Assembly (NCBI RefSeq): GCF_001194135.2 | Contig: NC_068991.1 | Coordinates: 9,409,929-9,473,928, forward strand | From: Octopus bimaculoides | Taxonomy: Eukaryota | Direction: 5' to 3' | DNA length: 64,000 nt | In this document: in pieces, positions 62,283 through 64,000 of the stretch | How positions within the stretch are numbered: position 1 is the first letter of the stretch | Layout of the letters: every line of letters begins with the position of its first letter | The notes under the pieces: generated by a model | What the model was told of the DNA's origin: nothing | Database searches by the model: none | Seen by the model: only the letters and a program-made list of their open reading frames with translations | Made by a program: the position numbers and the translations under genes

Positions 62283-63299
62283 TTGATGTTTTTGAGATCC
62301 CAAAAGTTTATATTTGAGGCTTCATACTTGATTGCTTTATCCCAGCTTGGTTCTGATCCATCTCATCTTTTTGTGTATCAGAAATTGCTTTATCCATTGT
62401 GTTCCTTGTGTGTGATTTGAGGGAGATTTTCCTGCTATTTCTTGCAACTCAAGCAACTGTGTAACGGTGCACTTGCCCAGTTTAGCCTACTTGGTTTGTA
62501 TCGCCATAAGATATTCTGCCACAATGATTGATAGAAATGTTATCTATCTGTCAACACTTGCTTGTATTTTGTAATGCTGTAAAGACCAGACACAGCTTCA
62601 TGGAATACAAGCCAGATCAGATATTTGGAGAGATATAGTATTTTCTAGATCCATGCTAGCAATGAGAATTGATTAAAACCATTGACAGGCTAGCTTTCTT
62701 TTATTCATAATTTTGTCTTTTTGTTTGTTTCTCTGGTTTGTTACATTTTTCAGCATTCCTAGTGGCAGGATTATCATTTTAAAAGAAATTTGAATTATTT
62801 TCTCAAACAATTTTGATAAATAGTTTCTCATCTAATTATTAGACAATATGTTTTAATTATATATTTGTAATTTTATCATTAAAATTAGCTCATTCACATT
62901 TTCAGCTGTTTACTTCTATTTTGAAAGTTGCATTCTTGAAATATTTATGTAGTTCAATAATTAGGTTTTAAAACGCATATTAGCTTCTGGATTTTCTCCA
63001 GAAAATTAAAGGATTTATTTTTTTTCCTTTGCCATTAGTATGGGGTATCATTGCTTTTCTCATTGCAACTTTTTGACCATGATATTAGAGTAGTAAATAT
63101 TTTTCTCTAATGAGGTGTGGCTGTGTGGTTAAGGAGCTTAATTCCTAATCATGTGGTTCCAGTTTCAATCCCACTGTGTGGCACTTTGATCAAGTGTCTT
63201 CTACTATAGCTCCAGGCTGACTAAAACCTTGTGAGTGGATTTGCTTGACAGAAATTGGAAAAAGCCCATTGAAACCAAAGATGGTAATTTTTCTTCTAG

Positions 63300-63560
63300 C
63301 ACAGGTGTCAAATGCTTGAATGACCAACTCCAAGCTTCTGTGCTAGTTCTTTGACAGTTAGGATGAGATTTTGTTCCACCAAGGTTTGCAGGATGTCCTC
63401 GCCGAGCTCTTCAGATCTTCCAGTATGAGGCTCATCTTCTAGGCTGTAGTTTCCAGCTAGGAATTTTTGGAGCCACCGTTGACACTGGTTTATGCATCTT
63501 GAAGGCCAGAAGTTACTTCAGTCCTATCAGTTGCTAATCCTCTACAAAGTCCAAATGTAA
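63300..63560 (-). mobile_element. Mariner transposase N-terminal HTH remnant
   Basis: QRWLQKFLAGNYSLEDEPHTGRSEELGEDILQTLVEQNLILTVKELAQKLGVGHSSI* matches mariner WF.KF..G..SLED..RSGRP. Confidence 0.82.
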
Positions 63561-64000
63561 CAGGTTCTCAATATTTTCTATTTGTTGTGATTGCTTGAAT
63601 GTTAAAAAAAAACCCAAAAATCACTTGTTGGCTATGGCTGTTAGTTTCCATCTCAGAATTTAGCAGTATTTGTAAAAGAAATAAAAATAGAAAAGGATGT
63701 TAGACTTTGATCAGCCTGAGACTATAGTTGAAGTCACTTGCCTATGGTGGTATGCAGTGGGACTGAATTTGAAAGCCTGTGGTTGGGGGGCAAACTTTTT
63801 ACTACACAGCAATGCCTGCACTTATATATATATATATATATATATTTATTCACACTTAGAATTTTATTTAATTCATAACTCCTTATTCTTCTTGTTTGAT
63901 ACTTTTACTGTTATGGGTATATTTTTATCTATTCTTAAAACATGCAGTATAGATTTATTATATTATTTACATATTCTGCCAACATTTGGCAGAATAATCT

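Overview
Eukaryotic, AT-rich, microsatellite- and SINE-dense genomic DNA with 12 N-gaps (about 4.8 kb). The repeat content suggests an octopus/coleoid cephalopod (inference). One protein-coding gene is firmly supported: a minus-strand SCNM1 orthologue (minor-spliceosome zinc-finger protein). It has six coding exons (15064-15014, 13173-13103, 10455-10367, 8387-8287, 7208-6658, 3665-3575), all introns are GT-AG and phase-compatible, and the product is 317 aa. The rest is mostly dispersed repeats: at least five SINE/LINE-tail families (some young, with perfect TSDs), RTE and CR1-like LINE remnants, Tc1/mariner remnants, and hAT- and piggyBac-type MITEs. Several CpG-rich patches with splice donors look like first exons or promoters. 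The most interesting unexplained signals are: (i) a tandem cluster of hammerhead-ribozyme-like motifs at 23.2-23.65 kb, with a second copy at 47.3 kb and a separate near-canonical one at 26.4 kb; (ii) an alternative reading frame overlapping the SCNM1 start codon, with uORF-rich candidate leader exons; (iii) a possible antisense coding exon in the last SCNM1 intron; (iv) a hairpin element with a telomere-repeat loop. Almost all ORFs in the supplied track are microsatellite, repeat or N-gap artefacts.
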